64,000 nt of DNA from Cirrosporium novae-zelandiae (taxonomy: Eukaryota), in contig JAPETS010000007.1 in assembly GCA_026023565.1 (NCBI GenBank), forward strand, positions 496,001 to 560,000, read 5' to 3'. The position numbers were made by a program, and so were the translations under genes. The notes beneath the pieces are model-generated. The model saw only the letters and a list, made by a program, of their open reading frames with translations. It made no database searches and had not been told where the DNA came from. Each line of letters begins with the position of its first letter. Within the stretch, counting starts at the first letter, position 1. Of this stretch, positions 1 through 14,093 are shown piece by piece.

Positions 1-1030
1 TAAAATTTTTTAGATTTATTTTTTTTTTTAAAAAAATTAATATATAAAACGATTATATAACGTTTTTTCGATATTTTTTTTTTATATATTTTATTTCTAT
101 TTTTCGGGTAATTAAATATTTTCCGTCCGTGGCTATATAGAGGTCTAAACAGTTTATGTATTTCAATAAAATATATATATAAGCCCCCGTATACACGGAT
201 TTATATTCTATTATCCGATATTAATAATTTTACGTTTCGTATATTTCCGTATATATCGTGTATTTAGAGGTTTTATTTCTATATTCCAAAAATAATTTAT
301 ATTTTAATTAAACGTATTTTAGATACGTTTTATTTATTTTTAACGTAAATTATCGGATATATCGAAATTTACGTCCCGTTAAATAATAATTTTCGATTTT
401 TTATTTTTCGTATATTATAAACGGAAATCTTATTTTAATTAAAATAATATATTTTTTTAATATAAATCCGGTTCGTACCCGTTTTTAGCGGTATTTTTCC
501 GGCGTTATTTATACGATTATCGTATTTCGGAATAATTAATAAATATTTTTTAGATTTTTATTTAATATAAAATTTTTAATAAATATATATTTATTATTAT
601 ATTATTTATTTTTATTATAATTTTTAAAATTTTTTATTTATATTTAAATATTAATATATCCGTATTAATTTTTTTATCGAACGTAATTTTTAAATTATTT
701 TTTTTATTAATATAGATTTCCCGTACCCGTAATTCAGGCGGTACGTTTAAATTAATTAAATTAGCGTTAATCGCCGTTATTATTAATATTATAAAACCCG
801 AATATTCGGTTTTTTTTTTATTAAAAATCAGTATTTTCTGATTTTTAATTTTTATATCCCTGTTTACGGAACTAATACGTTTTTTTTTATAGGATTTGAT
901 TATTTATTATTTTTTATTAAATTTGTCTGTTATTCTACTGGCTATTTTGATATAAATAAATCCCGTAAATTCCGGCGTTATTTTTACAGAAATCTATTTC
1001 GGGGCCTTCGGTATTAGCGATAGAGTTTTT

Positions 1031-3092
1031 TATTTGGCTATTTTTGCCGTTTATTAAAGGCTTTTCTGGGTTTTTTTATCCGTTTATATTATTATCCGCG
1101 TATTAGATGTTTACGATCCGGTTATTATATCCGCTCGGAATATTATTAAAAAAAATATTATTTTTTTTTTTTTTATTATTTGTTCGGGCCTAATTATCGG
1201 GGTTATATAATCTTTATTTATAGAATTTTTTATCCCGTTATACGTAATTTTTACGGTCTTTATCTGGGTCTATAATATCTGGATTATTATTATAATTATT
1301 TTTCTAATTATTAAAAATTTTTATTTAATCGTATATAATTTTTTCTAATTTTTTTTTTAAATTTTTATAATTTTATTATATCGTTTTTTTAAAATAATTA
1401 TTCGGATTTTTAAACCGAATAATATTTCCTATAATTATACCGTAAAATTATCGGTTTTTAGAATTTAATATATTTTTTCTCTGACTACGGGAAATATACG
1501 TATTATTATATATTTAGCCGTTTATTTAATTAAAATACCCCGGTTATTAATTTATTTTTTTTTAGAATTTTTTTTTTTTCGTGAAATTTTTCGACGATAT
1601 TTTTTTATTTGATCGTTTTTTTTCTAGAATAAAAATCGTAATACCGAATCGCTAGATTTTATTATAAAATTTTATTCCGGTTCGTTCGATTCGTTTTTTA
1701 AACGTTATCGTTTTTTCGTATCCGTTTAATTCTCGTTAACGGCACGTATTTTTTTAATCTCCGATATTTCTTTATTACTGTTAGATTTTATAGACTTTAA
1801 ATAAACGTTAATTGTTTCGTATAACGGTCGTCACAATAGTGAATTGATTTAGTGGCGCGGGGTCACCAAAAAACGTTTTCTTTATCTAGTTATTTTTGCC
1901 GTCTATTGAGGGCCTTTCTGGGTTTTTTTATCCGCTTATATTATTGTCCGCGTACTAGATACCTACGATCCGGCTATTATATCCGCTCGGGGTATTATTA
2001 GAAAAAATATTATTTTTTTTTTTTTTATTATTCGTTCGGGCCTAATTATTGGGGTTATATAATTTTTATTTATAGAATTTTCCGTTCCGTTATATATAGT
2101 TTTTACAGTCTTTATCCGGATTTATAATATCTGGATTATTATTATAACTGTTTTTTTAATTATTAAAAATTTTTATTTAATCGCGTATAATTTTTTTTGG
2201 TTTTTTTTTTAAATTTTTATAATTTTATTATTTTATTTTTTTAGAACGATTATTCGGGTTTTTAAATCGAAAAATATCTCCCGTAATTATACCGTAAAAT
2301 CGTCGGTTTTTAGAATCTAATATATTTTTTTTTTGATTACGGGAAATATACGTATTATTATATATTTAATCGTTTATTCGATTAAAATATTTTAATTATT
2401 AATTTATTTTTTTTTAGAATTTTTTTTTTTTTATAAAATTTTTCGACGATATTTTTTTATTTAATTATTTTTTTTTTAAAATAGGGATTATAATACCGAA
2501 TCGCTAGATTTTATTATAAAATTTTGTTCCGGTTCGTTTAATTCGTTTTTTAGGCGTTGTCGCTTTTTCGTATCCGTCTGGTTCTCGCTAACGGCACGTA
2601 TTCTCCCAGCTCCCGATATTTTTCCATTACTGCTAGGCTTTATAGACCTTAGATAAACGTTAACTGTTTCGTATAACGGTCGTCACAATAATAAATTGAT
2701 TTGATAGCGTGGGGTCACCAAAAAGCGTTTTTGATAATTTATTTTTATTATTATATATTTAATTATTTATTCGATTAAAATATTTTAATTATTAATTTAT
2801 TTTTTTTTATAAAATTTTTTAATAATATTTCTCCGTTTAATCGTTTTTTTTTTAAAATAAGAATCGTAATACCGAATCGCTAAATTTTATTATAAAATTT
2901 TATTCTGATTCATTCGATTCGTTTTTTTATATCCGTCTGATTCTCGTTGACGATATATATTTTTCCAGCCCCCGATATTTCCCTACTGCTGCTAAACTCT
3001 ATAGATCTTAAATAAACGTTAAATATTTCGTATAACGGTCGTCACAGTAGTGAATTGATTTGGTGGCGCGGGGTTACCAAAAAACGTTTTTT
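1031..3092. repeat. Tandem direct repeat: two ~850-bp copies (~1031-1880, ~1883-2731) plus a partial third (~2740-3092)
   Basis: The motif ataacggtcgtcaca..gaattgattt.gtggcgcggggt.accaaaaa.cgttt recurs at 1821, 2673 and 3032; the preceding sequence is colinear between copies. Confidence 0.9.
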
Positions 3093-3101
3093 ATTCCTCT
3101 C

Positions 3102-3360
3102 TAAGCGATATATAGACATAAAACAATGAATAATCATTATCATCATAGCGCTAAAAAACTATCCGGTTAAATAAATCAAATAATTTTAGGAAACCCAAAA
3201 AAAGGGGGAAACTATATAGCCGAATTAAGGAGGTAATCCTTACTATCTTAGTTAAAAGTAAACCCGAAAAAAGATATAAAAAGGCCTGAAATCCCTAAAT
3301 AGAGTCCGTCATAGCTTTTAAGCGATATATAGATATAAAATAATGAATAATCATTATCAT
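3102..3360. repeat. 42-bp direct repeat pair (3102-3143, 3319-3360)
   Basis: taagcgatatatagaYataaaaYaatgaataatcattatcat is present twice and differs by two C>T changes. Confidence 0.85.
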
Positions 3361-4029
3361 ACGCGTTTAGAAACGTTCAGACTATTTATAAGTAAAAATA
3401 AATAGAAAATTAATAATATATTACCGTAGAATTTTTAAAAAATCCTAAATTCCTTTAAATTATATAATTCTCCGAAACGTTTTTATATTTCTGTTCAATA
3501 AATTTTTTATAATATCTGGAAATTATAAAAAATTGGAGCAATTAATCGAAAATTTGGATATTATTAAAAATAACGATAAAAAAATATTATAGAATAAAAT
3601 TAAAAAATCAATCTAAACGATTATTAGAAAGAAAATTTTAAAAACAATTAAATTAATTATTTAAACGGAAAAATTAAATAAATTACAAAATATAAAACGT
3701 ATTAAAATTAAAATCGATTTTAATACGAGATTTACAAATAAAATTATAATAGAAAAATCGAAAAAAAAAATTGTAAACGAAACAAAACGGGAAAACTTTT
3801 TAGAAAATATAAAACCGCTAGAATACTAAAAATAAAATTAAGGGAGGGGCTAAAAAATTGACAAACGCTTTTTCGGAGCCATTTAATTGACATTGTATAT
3901 TGCAATTTGAATTAGAATAGTATATGACTCTAGGAATATAAGACGTTGTAGAAATGGTCGAGGTTTGGGAGGCTTGATGAGGCTCGCTTAAAGGTGGCAC
4001 ATTAATCCGGCCGTCACACTTCGAGGGTC

Positions 4030-4986
4030 GCGATTCTATACCAAATGCTATTTGAGGGCGAACTCTGTCTTGCTCCTATCTCCACACATCCGCAGCGAGT
4101 TCTCGATCTTGGAACAGGCACCGGTATTTGGGCAATGGACTTTGCCGAGTAAGAACGTGTGTTCTATTAATCAACGCTGAGTTATACTGACCAGATCTTA
4201 ACGGATATAGCGAACACCCATCTGCATAGTTTATTAGTATGATTATGTGTTTGATTAAACCTAACAAGAAGCTAATGTGTATAGGCAGGGATCTAAGCCC
4301 GATTCAATCTTCATGGCAAAATCATTCCTGCTTACCGTCCCGGTCATAGCAGACCAATCATTTCAGGGCTCCACTCAATTGTGTTTGTGAGGTTGATGAT
4401 TATGAGGCGGATTGGCCTTATTCTCATAAATTTGATTTCATCCACGGGCGTGAACTATTGGGGTGTGTTGCAGATTATGACCGCCTATTTACACAATATT
4501 CAGACATTTACATACCGGAGGTTACGTTGAAATGCAGACCACGACACTACAGCCCTACTCCGATGATGGTACTTTGGACAAAGCTAAGAACCGTAAGGAG
4601 TTAGTGCGCTAGTTATATAACGCTAGCAAGACCTTTGGGAAAGGTATGACAATTGATATCGTGGATTCTTGGGAGGAACGCATCTTACAAGTAGGATTTG
4701 TGGATGTGTGCCGAAAGATTTATAAGGTGTGTATGATTATCATTTTTTCCATATATTGACTCTTCTTGGGGCCGTGAAACTGAGAGCATCCCAGCTGCCG
4801 TTGAGTCCGTGGCCTAAGAACCCCAAGTTGAAAGAGCCTGGGCGATATCAACAAATGCAACAGTTACAAGCTATAACCTCCAGGGAAGAAATGGAAGTAT
4901 TGCTGTCGGGCGTTCGTAGAGAGCCGAAAGATCGGTCTATTCATATATATCTCAAGGTGCATATTGTATACGCTAGAAAGCCTTGA
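4030..4986 (+). pseudogene. LaeA/TAM-like SAM-dependent methyltransferase pseudogene, 5'-truncated
   Basis: Translates as LAPISTHPQRVLDLGTGTGIWAMDFA, DLSPIQ, EVDDYE..W...FDFIHGREL and PLSPWPKNPKLKE. Has an in-frame TAG at 4227, a damaged splice donor (gcaaaa), an apparent internal deletion near 4880 and no N-terminus. Confidence 0.85.
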
Positions 4987-6117
4987 GTGTTAAATACATA
5001 TCTACATAACGAAATGAATATGCGGGGGTATCAATAACCATAATAAATGCAAGTACTACTATGGATATGTGTCTTAATAAGATTTGGAAAGGTTGGCTGC
5101 CCCAGGAGTTATGATGCGGGTCGTGCTGAAACATACGTACATAATACCTAGATTTATCCGAGACTAATCCTATTTAGGTTAAAGGACGGCACAGCGGTTC
5201 AAAAGGTTCCACCCGCAAGTTGCATCATTTCTTCTACCAAGTACATCAACGCCAACAAAACATCATGCTCGTAATTATACTGTCGAATCACGAATTTACC
5301 GTGGCTAGAAGCATGATTCTTGACCAATACCAGGGCATTATTCGCCCAGCCGCAATCATCGGCGAACATCTCTTCCCCTTGATCTTTTGTGCCGAAAACG
5401 GAAACTTAACCAAAGCAGCCTTTAAATGGAAAGTGGATGAGGGTATTGTGAGATGATCTTCAGCTACGCTAATGGCTTTGTATTATTCAGACAAGACTAT
5501 GCTACAACACCATCAATTTCACTGGCCTTGGAGGCCTATGTGGAAGATGTAGAAGTGTCTGGTGCTCTCCATGATGCGCATATTCCACATGGGTTACACC
5601 ATGTTTGACGCACCAACTGCATCTCCTGCCTGCGAAACATAGGGTCTAAATATCAAGTGAGTGACAGTACCACAAATATAAACAATTATATCGGGGCAAA
5701 ACATGGATTTTCTTAGATAATTGAGAAGTGTTCAGACACAAGTGGTAGGTTAAACATCCGTTTTAAACTCGCATACATAATTAATCACTTATCACTCGTG
5801 TTCGTTTTCAGCCACAACACGAAATCAGCCGGTACTTTCGCCCTTCATTCAATGGACGCCAACATGTCCGCAAACCAGCTTAATCAGTATTGGGCTGCTG
5901 AACGCGTATCCGGCTTTGATGTCGCCATCGCATGTCTGATGGAATCAAATATTTAGCTACTTGAATATGCTTGCCCGAATTTAATTAGCTGATTTGCTTA
6001 ATGTTTTAAAACTCAGTTTTACCTCGATCCTAATATCAAAGTCACCTTTCTCTTTCACGTCTTTCCTATTTATTCACTCGACAAAGCTTGCAACTTTCAA
6101 TCGCTGTCCTCGCTAAA

Positions 6118-7384
6118 ATGCTTGCCAATGGATGTATAGTGATAGCATTCCTAGGCTTAATCTATATATTTTTCCTTTTTCATTTCGACAAGCCAGAGTA
6201 CCATCTTGATACCAATAATATACAATCTCCTGAAACTAGCATCCGTACTTCTGAGGAGTTGCAAAAGCACAATCTTCACGATAATCTCGGTGCTATTAAA
6301 AATGATACGCTTGGGGTATGTACAGCTCTCTTTTTATATTCGCAGTTCGATTTGACTCAGTCATCAAACAGTTCGAGAAAATTTTCGTCGTTAGCCTTCC
6401 AGAGCGGGGTGATCGTCGTGATGCATTTACTCTCACATCTTCCCTGACGGGCTTCAATTTCGAATGGGTGGATGGTGTCAAAGGAGCGGATGTGCCAACA
6501 AAAGCACTGCCATCGGTATGCTTGATTTCTTATAATTCAACGAATATCTTTCCCTAGTGAATCACTCACAAATTGTAGACTTTTAATCGTGAATTGGGAG
6601 ATAATGTCATCGGATGCTGGCGAGCCCATATGAATGCCGCAAATGCGTATGTTCCTCAACGCCCTCTCGATAAACAGTTGCTGATGACTAACTGTTTATA
6701 TATTTCTATAGCGTCGTGAAACAAAGACTCTCGACCGCCCTGATCATGGAAGATGATGCAGATTGGGACGTCTCCTTAAAGTCCCAACTGAAGCAATTCG
6801 CCCTCGGCTCCCGATTTATTATGAACACCACCCAGAGGTCCACTCCGCATTCGCCATATGGTGATGGCTGGGATCTGCTTTGGATTGGACACTGTTCGTC
6901 TCAAGCTCATCCCAACGATGACCGTCGGTATCTCATAGAACATGACCGGACTGTCACACCTCCGAGCAGACGTGCTAATTGGGGCCCAGTGCCTGATATG
7001 TCTATTTATGATAATAACACTCGAATCATATACCGCGCCTCTGGGGGCGTGTGCCTATATGCATACGCTCTTTCTTTTCAAGGAGCACAGAAACTACTCT
7101 ACCACCTCTCGGTCAAACCATTCTCCAACGCGGTTGACCTCGGGCTTCTCGATATGTGCAATGACGACTCTAGAGACTTTAAATGCATTAGTGTGTTCCC
7201 TCAAATCATTGGGGACCACAAGGCAGCGGGACCGACGGACCGGGATTCTGACATCGGTCAAGCAGCAGAGGGCCAAAGAGACAACGGATTTTCATGGAAC
7301 GTTGTATATAGTGCGAGGCTTAACCTAAATCAGTTATTACGAGGGCAGACAGCGTTTGAACGGCAATGGCCGGAAGATGACTGA
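6118..7384 (+). CDS. Glycosyltransferase family 25-like type II membrane protein (3 introns)
   Basis: N-terminal TM anchor; FEKIFVVSLPERGDRRD, GCWRAHMN, ALIMEDDADWD and WDLLWIGHC motifs; GT-AG introns at ~6317-6371, ~6516-6578 and ~6647-6711 join the ORFs. Confidence 0.9.
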
Positions 7385-8984
7385 ATTTTACGATAACTAG
7401 GTAATAGGATATTTAATTATTAATATTAGAGATAGGTTCATTATACACAATATAAGAGCTGTTAAGTCCAACAGCTAAAAGGGAAGCACTAATGCTTTAC
7501 TAGTGGGTCTTGGGACGTTTACCATGTCCCTCTGGGCCTTGAAGATGCTAGACAGGTTAATGATAGGGCCAAAATCTGACGATGAGAATCCTAATAGATC
7601 AACACGAAAGAAAATTTCTTTGAGATTCTTTTGGTTTATCTTTGATATCTTAGCTATAGTCTATACTTAATGAAAAATGACAAAAGTTAATCTTTCGTGT
7701 TATGATGAGGACCAGATCCTAATAATATTCGTTTCGATACAGGTAGCGTTGACTTAAGATGTGAATTTCACCATGAAAAAAACCGCCTTCTCAGGTCTTT
7801 AACGCGTAAGGGATGATATGTCAATTAAGACATTATCTAGGATTACCTATAGATTTATCCACTATTTACTAATAAACTGTTCTCCAACAAAATTCGTGGG
7901 TTCCTCGGCCTATCTACTATATTTAAGGATTAGCATTATATAAATAAGCTATATTTACGATACACAGCTTCAAGGCTTACGCGATTTAAGCAAGTACAAT
8001 GCCTCAGACAGCAAAGTGAGTAAGCATCGCAATAACCTCATGTGTTTAGTTCATGACCATGGATGCCAGTCCGTTTATGTAGACTAAGCCATATCTCCAC
8101 AGATACGCTTATACAGGCACGTTTACCTACGACTACAAAAACTACAGACTCCACTTTGAAACAAACGCGCAGTTCAGAAGGTCCAGAATTAGAAATAATC
8201 GTAATAATATCGCCGAATCTTCCATCAATGATCGTATAAACGGGACATATAGATACGAGTGCGTTAACCTATCAACGGATAAGCTATGCAACTTCCAGCT
8301 CATTCGCCTCTAAAGACTCCTGCAATATGAGAGCCGTGAGATGTTGAAAGTCCCCTGGCTTGGAATGAGGTGAAGATTAGATTCAGCTAAGTTTTCTACA
8401 AACGAACTAAACATCAACAGGGTGTGCTCGTGGGATGAGAGTATTTCGAGTAGAGCCCGGGGGGTCGATAATCCTATCCAGTTCAAGCACAAGTAGGTTT
8501 TTCAACGTGTGCACAACGGCAATCTGTTATTAAACATTAAATCGCTTTAGAACTAGCACATATTAATAACTCGCAAACACCCTTATAAACATATATGAGT
8601 TAGCCTGCTTTGGGTGGGCCTTGTGGTAAGCAAAGTCGGGGACAATGGCTAAGGGCGATAGAAGGTATTCTCTTTTGCTTGGCCCAAATTTCCTCCTTAT
8701 GAATGCAGTCCTTTCGAATCCCTTCCCACTCTAGATTATTATACATAGTTGCAGCCACCTGTTTAGTAGGCACCTTTCTTCTTATCTCCCATATATTTGG
8801 CCTTAATATTAGTAATTAAATGGTCTATGCTCGATGCCTTGCTTTGCAATGATGTGATTCTTCGGGGTACTGGCAAACTGTATGCCTGTAATCCTTCCGA
8901 CCTGACACTGTGGAATCCTCCATTTGATTTCCCTACAGTAGCTAGGCCGAGATGCACAGAGTCCCATAGTTATGTACATAGAGA

Positions 8985-11200
8985 TTCCTGGCATCGCCTT
9001 CGGGGTGTAACACATCCCAAGGTTTCACACAAGTAGATCCTTTACAAGATTTCAAAACTAAAAGTAGGGCGTCTAACCGCGATATTACTTGCAAAAGGGG
9101 ATGGCCTAGAAAATATATGTTGGAGTAGTAGGAGGTAGGGTAGATATTTGCTAGCCCGTAAGGGTCGGTCTAAGGGGTGAGTTGATGGCTCTTAGACTTA
9201 CGTTGTGATTATAGTTGGTGTTTATCATCACACCAGGCGGAGTAATAAAGATTATAGTCCTCTTCTATGATGCGAAGTGCTTTATAGGTATTATTTAGAA
9301 TGAAGCCGAGGGGCAGCTATTGAAGATCCATGAGTAGTTAATTATAATACTCAGTTGTAAAAACGGCTTACCAGCTTGGCCTTCTTCAATCGCTATCTCC
9401 CAAACCGTCTACAAATGGCTATCGCTAGCAGAGGTGACATGTAAGAATTATAATAGGTCAGATAACTATTTTCAGACAGAATCAAGCATCAAGTTCTTTG
9501 ATAAATAATATTAAACCTCAAGATCATATCATTAGACTAATAAACCTTTCAGCATAAACACTATACTAGCAATAACCATTTTTGGACGGGTTAGGAAATG
9601 TCTCAATATTCGAAATTAAGATTCTCATGTTTTTCATAAGTATGCTCTGGTGCAAATTCCTTTCGACTGCTTAACAATGAGATCGGGATTCCATCAAAAC
9701 CTCCTTTTTGCTCAATACTCGCAATTTTAAAGAGCGTTGGGGCCAAATCAATATGGGGCGTCACTTTATTTATAGCCATTCCTTTGGAATTCCCGGTCCT
9801 TATACCACGAAGAGAACTCTAATATCTTTTTCAAAGACGCATTCTTTACTAAGTTAAAGTCTGTGTTGGCTAATATGGTAGCTGTTGTCGGAGGTGTAGA
9901 TGATGTAGGTATTGGTCAGGATATCTTAGAACTGGAGATGGCTCAATATGCTAGGGACGAGTTCATCGACTGATTGGAGGGCACGGAGGTGGGGGCGATA
10001 AAAATGGTCATTGTAATCGACATTAGATTGATTTTGTTTGAAGATTTTGTTGGTCCAGTTGACTTTGCTGGGCTATAGGATACTCTATCGTTAGCATATC
10101 TCGGCTACATATTGGGGGAAGAGTTCGTAGTCATAAGATCCAAGCCATGACGAGGTTGAGTTGGGTTCGAACCCCTTCGAGATCTTATAGAGAAATGCGC
10201 CAATCATGAAGTCGAATTTCTCCTGGAGCATCTTGGATAAGCCTGAAGTATGGTTCTCTCATTTTACACGATTAAGTCTAGCTTAGGTCTACTCATCATA
10301 TATAATTTATCAATGAAACTAATATTACCTTGACTAGATTGAAGTGTGGTGTTCTAGGAACCTTAACGCCTTTGAAGAGATGTTCATGTCGCGTTGCCAG
10401 AATCGGTGCCGAAAAGGCCAAGTCAAGGCTGCCGTGGTCGATATTACTTCTTTGCACATCAGAATGCAGTGCGATTGGTGCAATCCATAGGAAGAATGAT
10501 TGATCGGCTGCCGCTGCTGCATCTAAGAATCTATGTGCCTTCCACGCTGTGAAGCCCTTCATAGCTGACTGGAGAATCATGATTTCGCTGGAAGGTGGAA
10601 TTTAGATAGTTGGACTGGTACGGATCGAGGGCGTTCGAGTCATTGAATGCGGCAGCATGAAGAGCATCATAGTTGTAAACCGTATGCGCATTGAATAGCT
10701 TTCTTGTAAGATATGTATGGTATCCAGCTTCTTGCAACGAAAGGTGAAGATAGTTGGAGTTAAAACCTTAACACAAACTTTGGATAGTCACCTAGGTATA
10801 GAAACTCTGTCAGAACCCTATCGGGTACATGGTATAAAAACAAGCTAACCGTAAGGTGGATAAACATTAGTCACGTTGGTGTTATACGCATAGCAGCTAG
10901 TTCATAGGTTCACTCGTGATGGACAGCATAGAGCTATGGTGACGAAATGATTCTTGAAGAAAGTCTCTCCTTGGAGCAAATCCTTTTGTACGGAAGGCAT
11001 ATAGGCCAAGGAGTTCATCTGAAGGGCCCGGTCATCAATGAGGATGAAGATGATGTTGGGCCGCTTGGGCGAATCAATATAGTCGTTGTTTAATTTGTTG
11101 GACGGCAATTATTGGAGACCGTTAAGGCCTAGGGGAGAGAGGCTCTGATAAGAGATGCTACTAATCCGCAGAGAACAGTGACGAGGAAAGCAGATTTCAT
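8985..11200 (-). pseudogene. Secreted arylsulfatase pseudogene
   Basis: Signal-like start MKSAFLVTVLCGLV; RPNIIFILIDD, ALCCPSR, FFLWIAPIALH, NNTYKALRI..YNLYYSAWC and LDALLLVLKSCKGSTCVKPWDVLHPEG. Interrupted by stops (e.g. TAA at 11109-11111) and frameshifts. Confidence 0.9.
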
Positions 11201-12023
11201 GTTAGCGACATATGATAAGAGAAAATAACTTAAAGGGAAATATATTTCGATACATGGATATGGTATGCACCAAATGACACCGCTTCATTCTGCAAAATTA
11301 GTAGCTTTCGACGCCATCGATTGACAGGGTTCTGTACGTCGATCACGTCGTTGGTTAACTCAGTGGTGCAATCAAATCAAGGGGAATCTACCATCAAGGT
11401 TCTGCAAGGTTCACTCTGCAGCGGGCCGAAGTTAATCATCTTTTGTTTAGTGAGTTTAGTTGTGGAATTGCGATGAAAGGGACAACAATCACGCCTTCAA
11501 TAGAGTCGAGTAGCAAATAGGGGGAGGGGGGTGTGTGTGTAAAGATGGTGTAGGGATCAGGGAGGAATTAAAGAGAGGTTGAGAAAGATGACATCAAACC
11601 CATAGAACCACAAACGTCCACAAATCATCTACACACACCAAATCAAGAGATATTAACATACTCTACAAAATATCCACCCACACCACCCAACCTTATCTTG
11701 ACTCCCTGAATCCCCCCCCCCCCCGAACTAACTCCCCTTCTGATATAATCTACAATTGCGTTATGTATTGTGCATTTCATCTCCCTCATCACGTTCATGG
11801 CCTTCAGCGGTGTAATTAATGCTAAAATATGGATCCTCATCCATCACCACCAATGAATAAATTGAAATCGACTCGATGGGTCTTGGCTTGTCATCCCGGG
11901 AACACAGAGGGGACCTGCATTTCTGATGCCCATTCCCCCTCCCAATATCTTGAACAATCTTCTGAGGAATAATTCTTTTATCCTTGAAGGTCCTTTGGTT
12001 GATGCTGCTCTGTGACTCTCACC

Positions 12024-14093
12024 ATGTTGGCTAAAATAGACTGCAGCATACCCAGCCAGCCCCCAACCGATGGGGAAGCGGCACCTCTCATGGTTCCTTT
12101 GAGTCCCCCTGGCTGCGGTATTTCGGCATATGAGTCGATAGACGATGAATTAGCATCCAACCTCCCAACATACAATGGCGAAGCCCTTCCATGGAACAAA
12201 ATTGATTCTCCGCCTGAATATTCACACGTCGCTAGTGTTATCCCTTTGCTGTTTCTCGGTAATGTAACTCAGCCCTTAACCATTATTATAAATATACTAA
12301 TAGTTTTCCTATATAGGTATTTTCATCGCAGCTGCTGATGCTTCGTTACTGGTTGCAACAAATGGGAACATTGCTTCTGAATTTGGAAGGCTTCAGGATG
12401 GAAGTTGGCTCATAAATGCCTACATCCTGAGCATGTGCGCGATCCAGCCCATAGTAAGTCTTTCCAAAAGCCAACAGTTAATCGAGACTACGCGTATTCT
12501 GACTCTTCATAATATATAATAGTATGGAAAATTGGGCGACATTTATGGTACAAAACCTTGCCTCCTGATTGCCTATGCTTTTTTCGCATTCGGTTGCTTG
12601 ATCTGGTGCGTTGTTCCAAGCCAGAAGTCGGAAGTAACTTCAGTATTCTGCTTCAACAATCAAGGTTCATGCAGCTAATCTCCCATTGTGAAATAGTGGT
12701 CTTGCATTCGAGATATGGGAGGTCATTTTTGGTCGAGCTGTAAGTGGAATTGGCGGTGCTGGCATGATATCACTGGTTTCAGTTATAATTTCAGGTAACT
12801 ACTCCATACCATCTAATGGGCACTTTGATAATCAGTCGCTGACTCTTCCTACCATAGATATTGCACCAAAAAGAGATGTTGCATCGTGGAGGAGTTATGT
12901 CAATCTCTGCGTAGCGATAGGTACCAGCCTTGGAGGCCCAATGGGGGGTTTTATGGTTGACACAATTGGCTGGAGATGGATGTTCTTCATCCAAGCACCC
13001 CTTACAGCCCTCGCCGCCATCCTCGTAATATTCGGACTGAATATCCCACACCCAGACGATGACGTTCATTTTGAATACGACAATGTCGAATCATCGTCAT
13101 TCTGCTCCAAGTTCGGCCGCATAGATTTTCTCGGTACTTTCTTTCTTGCAGCCTCTATTGTCGCAAGCATACTGCTTCTTAACCTCGGTGGGCGACAGTT
13201 CAACTGGATCTCCATTCCTGCATTTTTCCTGGCAAGTACCAGCCTCATCTTCGCCACCTGCTTCATGCTCGTAGAAGTATATATAGCAAAAGAACCGATC
13301 ATCTGCCTACATCTTTTGCGGAAATCCAACGTGGTGGCCAGCTACCTTATAACATTCCTCCAGATATCTGCCCAATTCGGCCTTATGTTTTGCGTACCAT
13401 TATATTTCCAAGTGACTGCGCGATCCTCCGCCACAGCCGCAGGTGCGCATCTTATTCCCGCCATCATGGGTAACGCCACAGGGGGTATTTTCGTCGGCGC
13501 ACTTGTCAAGCATACTGGGAGGTATAAAGCGTTCATCATATCTGCAGGCCTGATTGCCAGCATAACATACATCTTCCTTCTCCTATTCTGGAATGGGTCC
13601 ACTGGCTTCTGGGGCTCCCTCTACATCATCCCAGGTGGTTTCGGAACTGGCGTCGTACAAACGGCCGTCTTTGTCGCCATGAGCTCGAAATTAGAGCCGA
13701 GAGATATTGCAATGGCAACAGGAGGATTATTTCTCAGCCAAAATATTGGAATGGTGGGTGGGATCGCCATGACGACTACAGCGTTACAATCAGCACTCCG
13801 GCAAGACCTCATTAAAAGAGTTCAGGGGAAGGATGCAATGGAAATTATCAATCGTGCCATGTCGGACGTGAGGTACATTGAAACGCTGGAAGGAGACTTG
13901 AGGGAAATAATCGTGTCGTGCTATGTGGCAGGGCTCAAACACACATATAGTATGTTGGGTCTCCATCTCCCCCAACTAACACCCCACAATATCAACAAAA
14001 GCTAACATGTATCATCAATATAGTCGTCTCACTCCTATGCGCCCTCCTCGCATTTGCGGTCTCACTAACCCTCAGAGAACACCGAGTCATATA
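12024..14093 (+). CDS. MFS transporter, 14-TM DHA2/Vba-like family (several introns)
   Basis: YGKLGDIYG, GRAVSGIGGAG, GGFMVDTIGWRWMFFIQAP and PLYFQV motifs; multiple hydrophobic helices; last exon 14023-14093. Confidence 0.9.

Larger units (their letters stand above)
1..4018. mobile_element. AT-rich, RIP-degenerated repeat/transposon relic block (family not identifiable)
   Basis: Very low GC, no long ORFs, TpA-rich and CpA/TpG-poor; internal duplicated segments differ mostly by C>T/G>A; sharp return to normal composition at ~3850-4018. Confidence 0.85.

Noticed and set aside
1031..3092. Repeats as a CRISPR array or telomeric array
   Set aside because: Units are hundreds of bp with no unique spacers and no TTAGGG tracts; eukaryotic context.
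5220..5640. Coding-like segment after the methyltransferase relic
   Set aside because: No recognisable motif; cannot be assigned by eye.
11520..11724. G-rich/C-rich complementarity upstream of the MFS gene
   Set aside because: Low-complexity G, GT and C runs pair trivially; no convincing specific stem.
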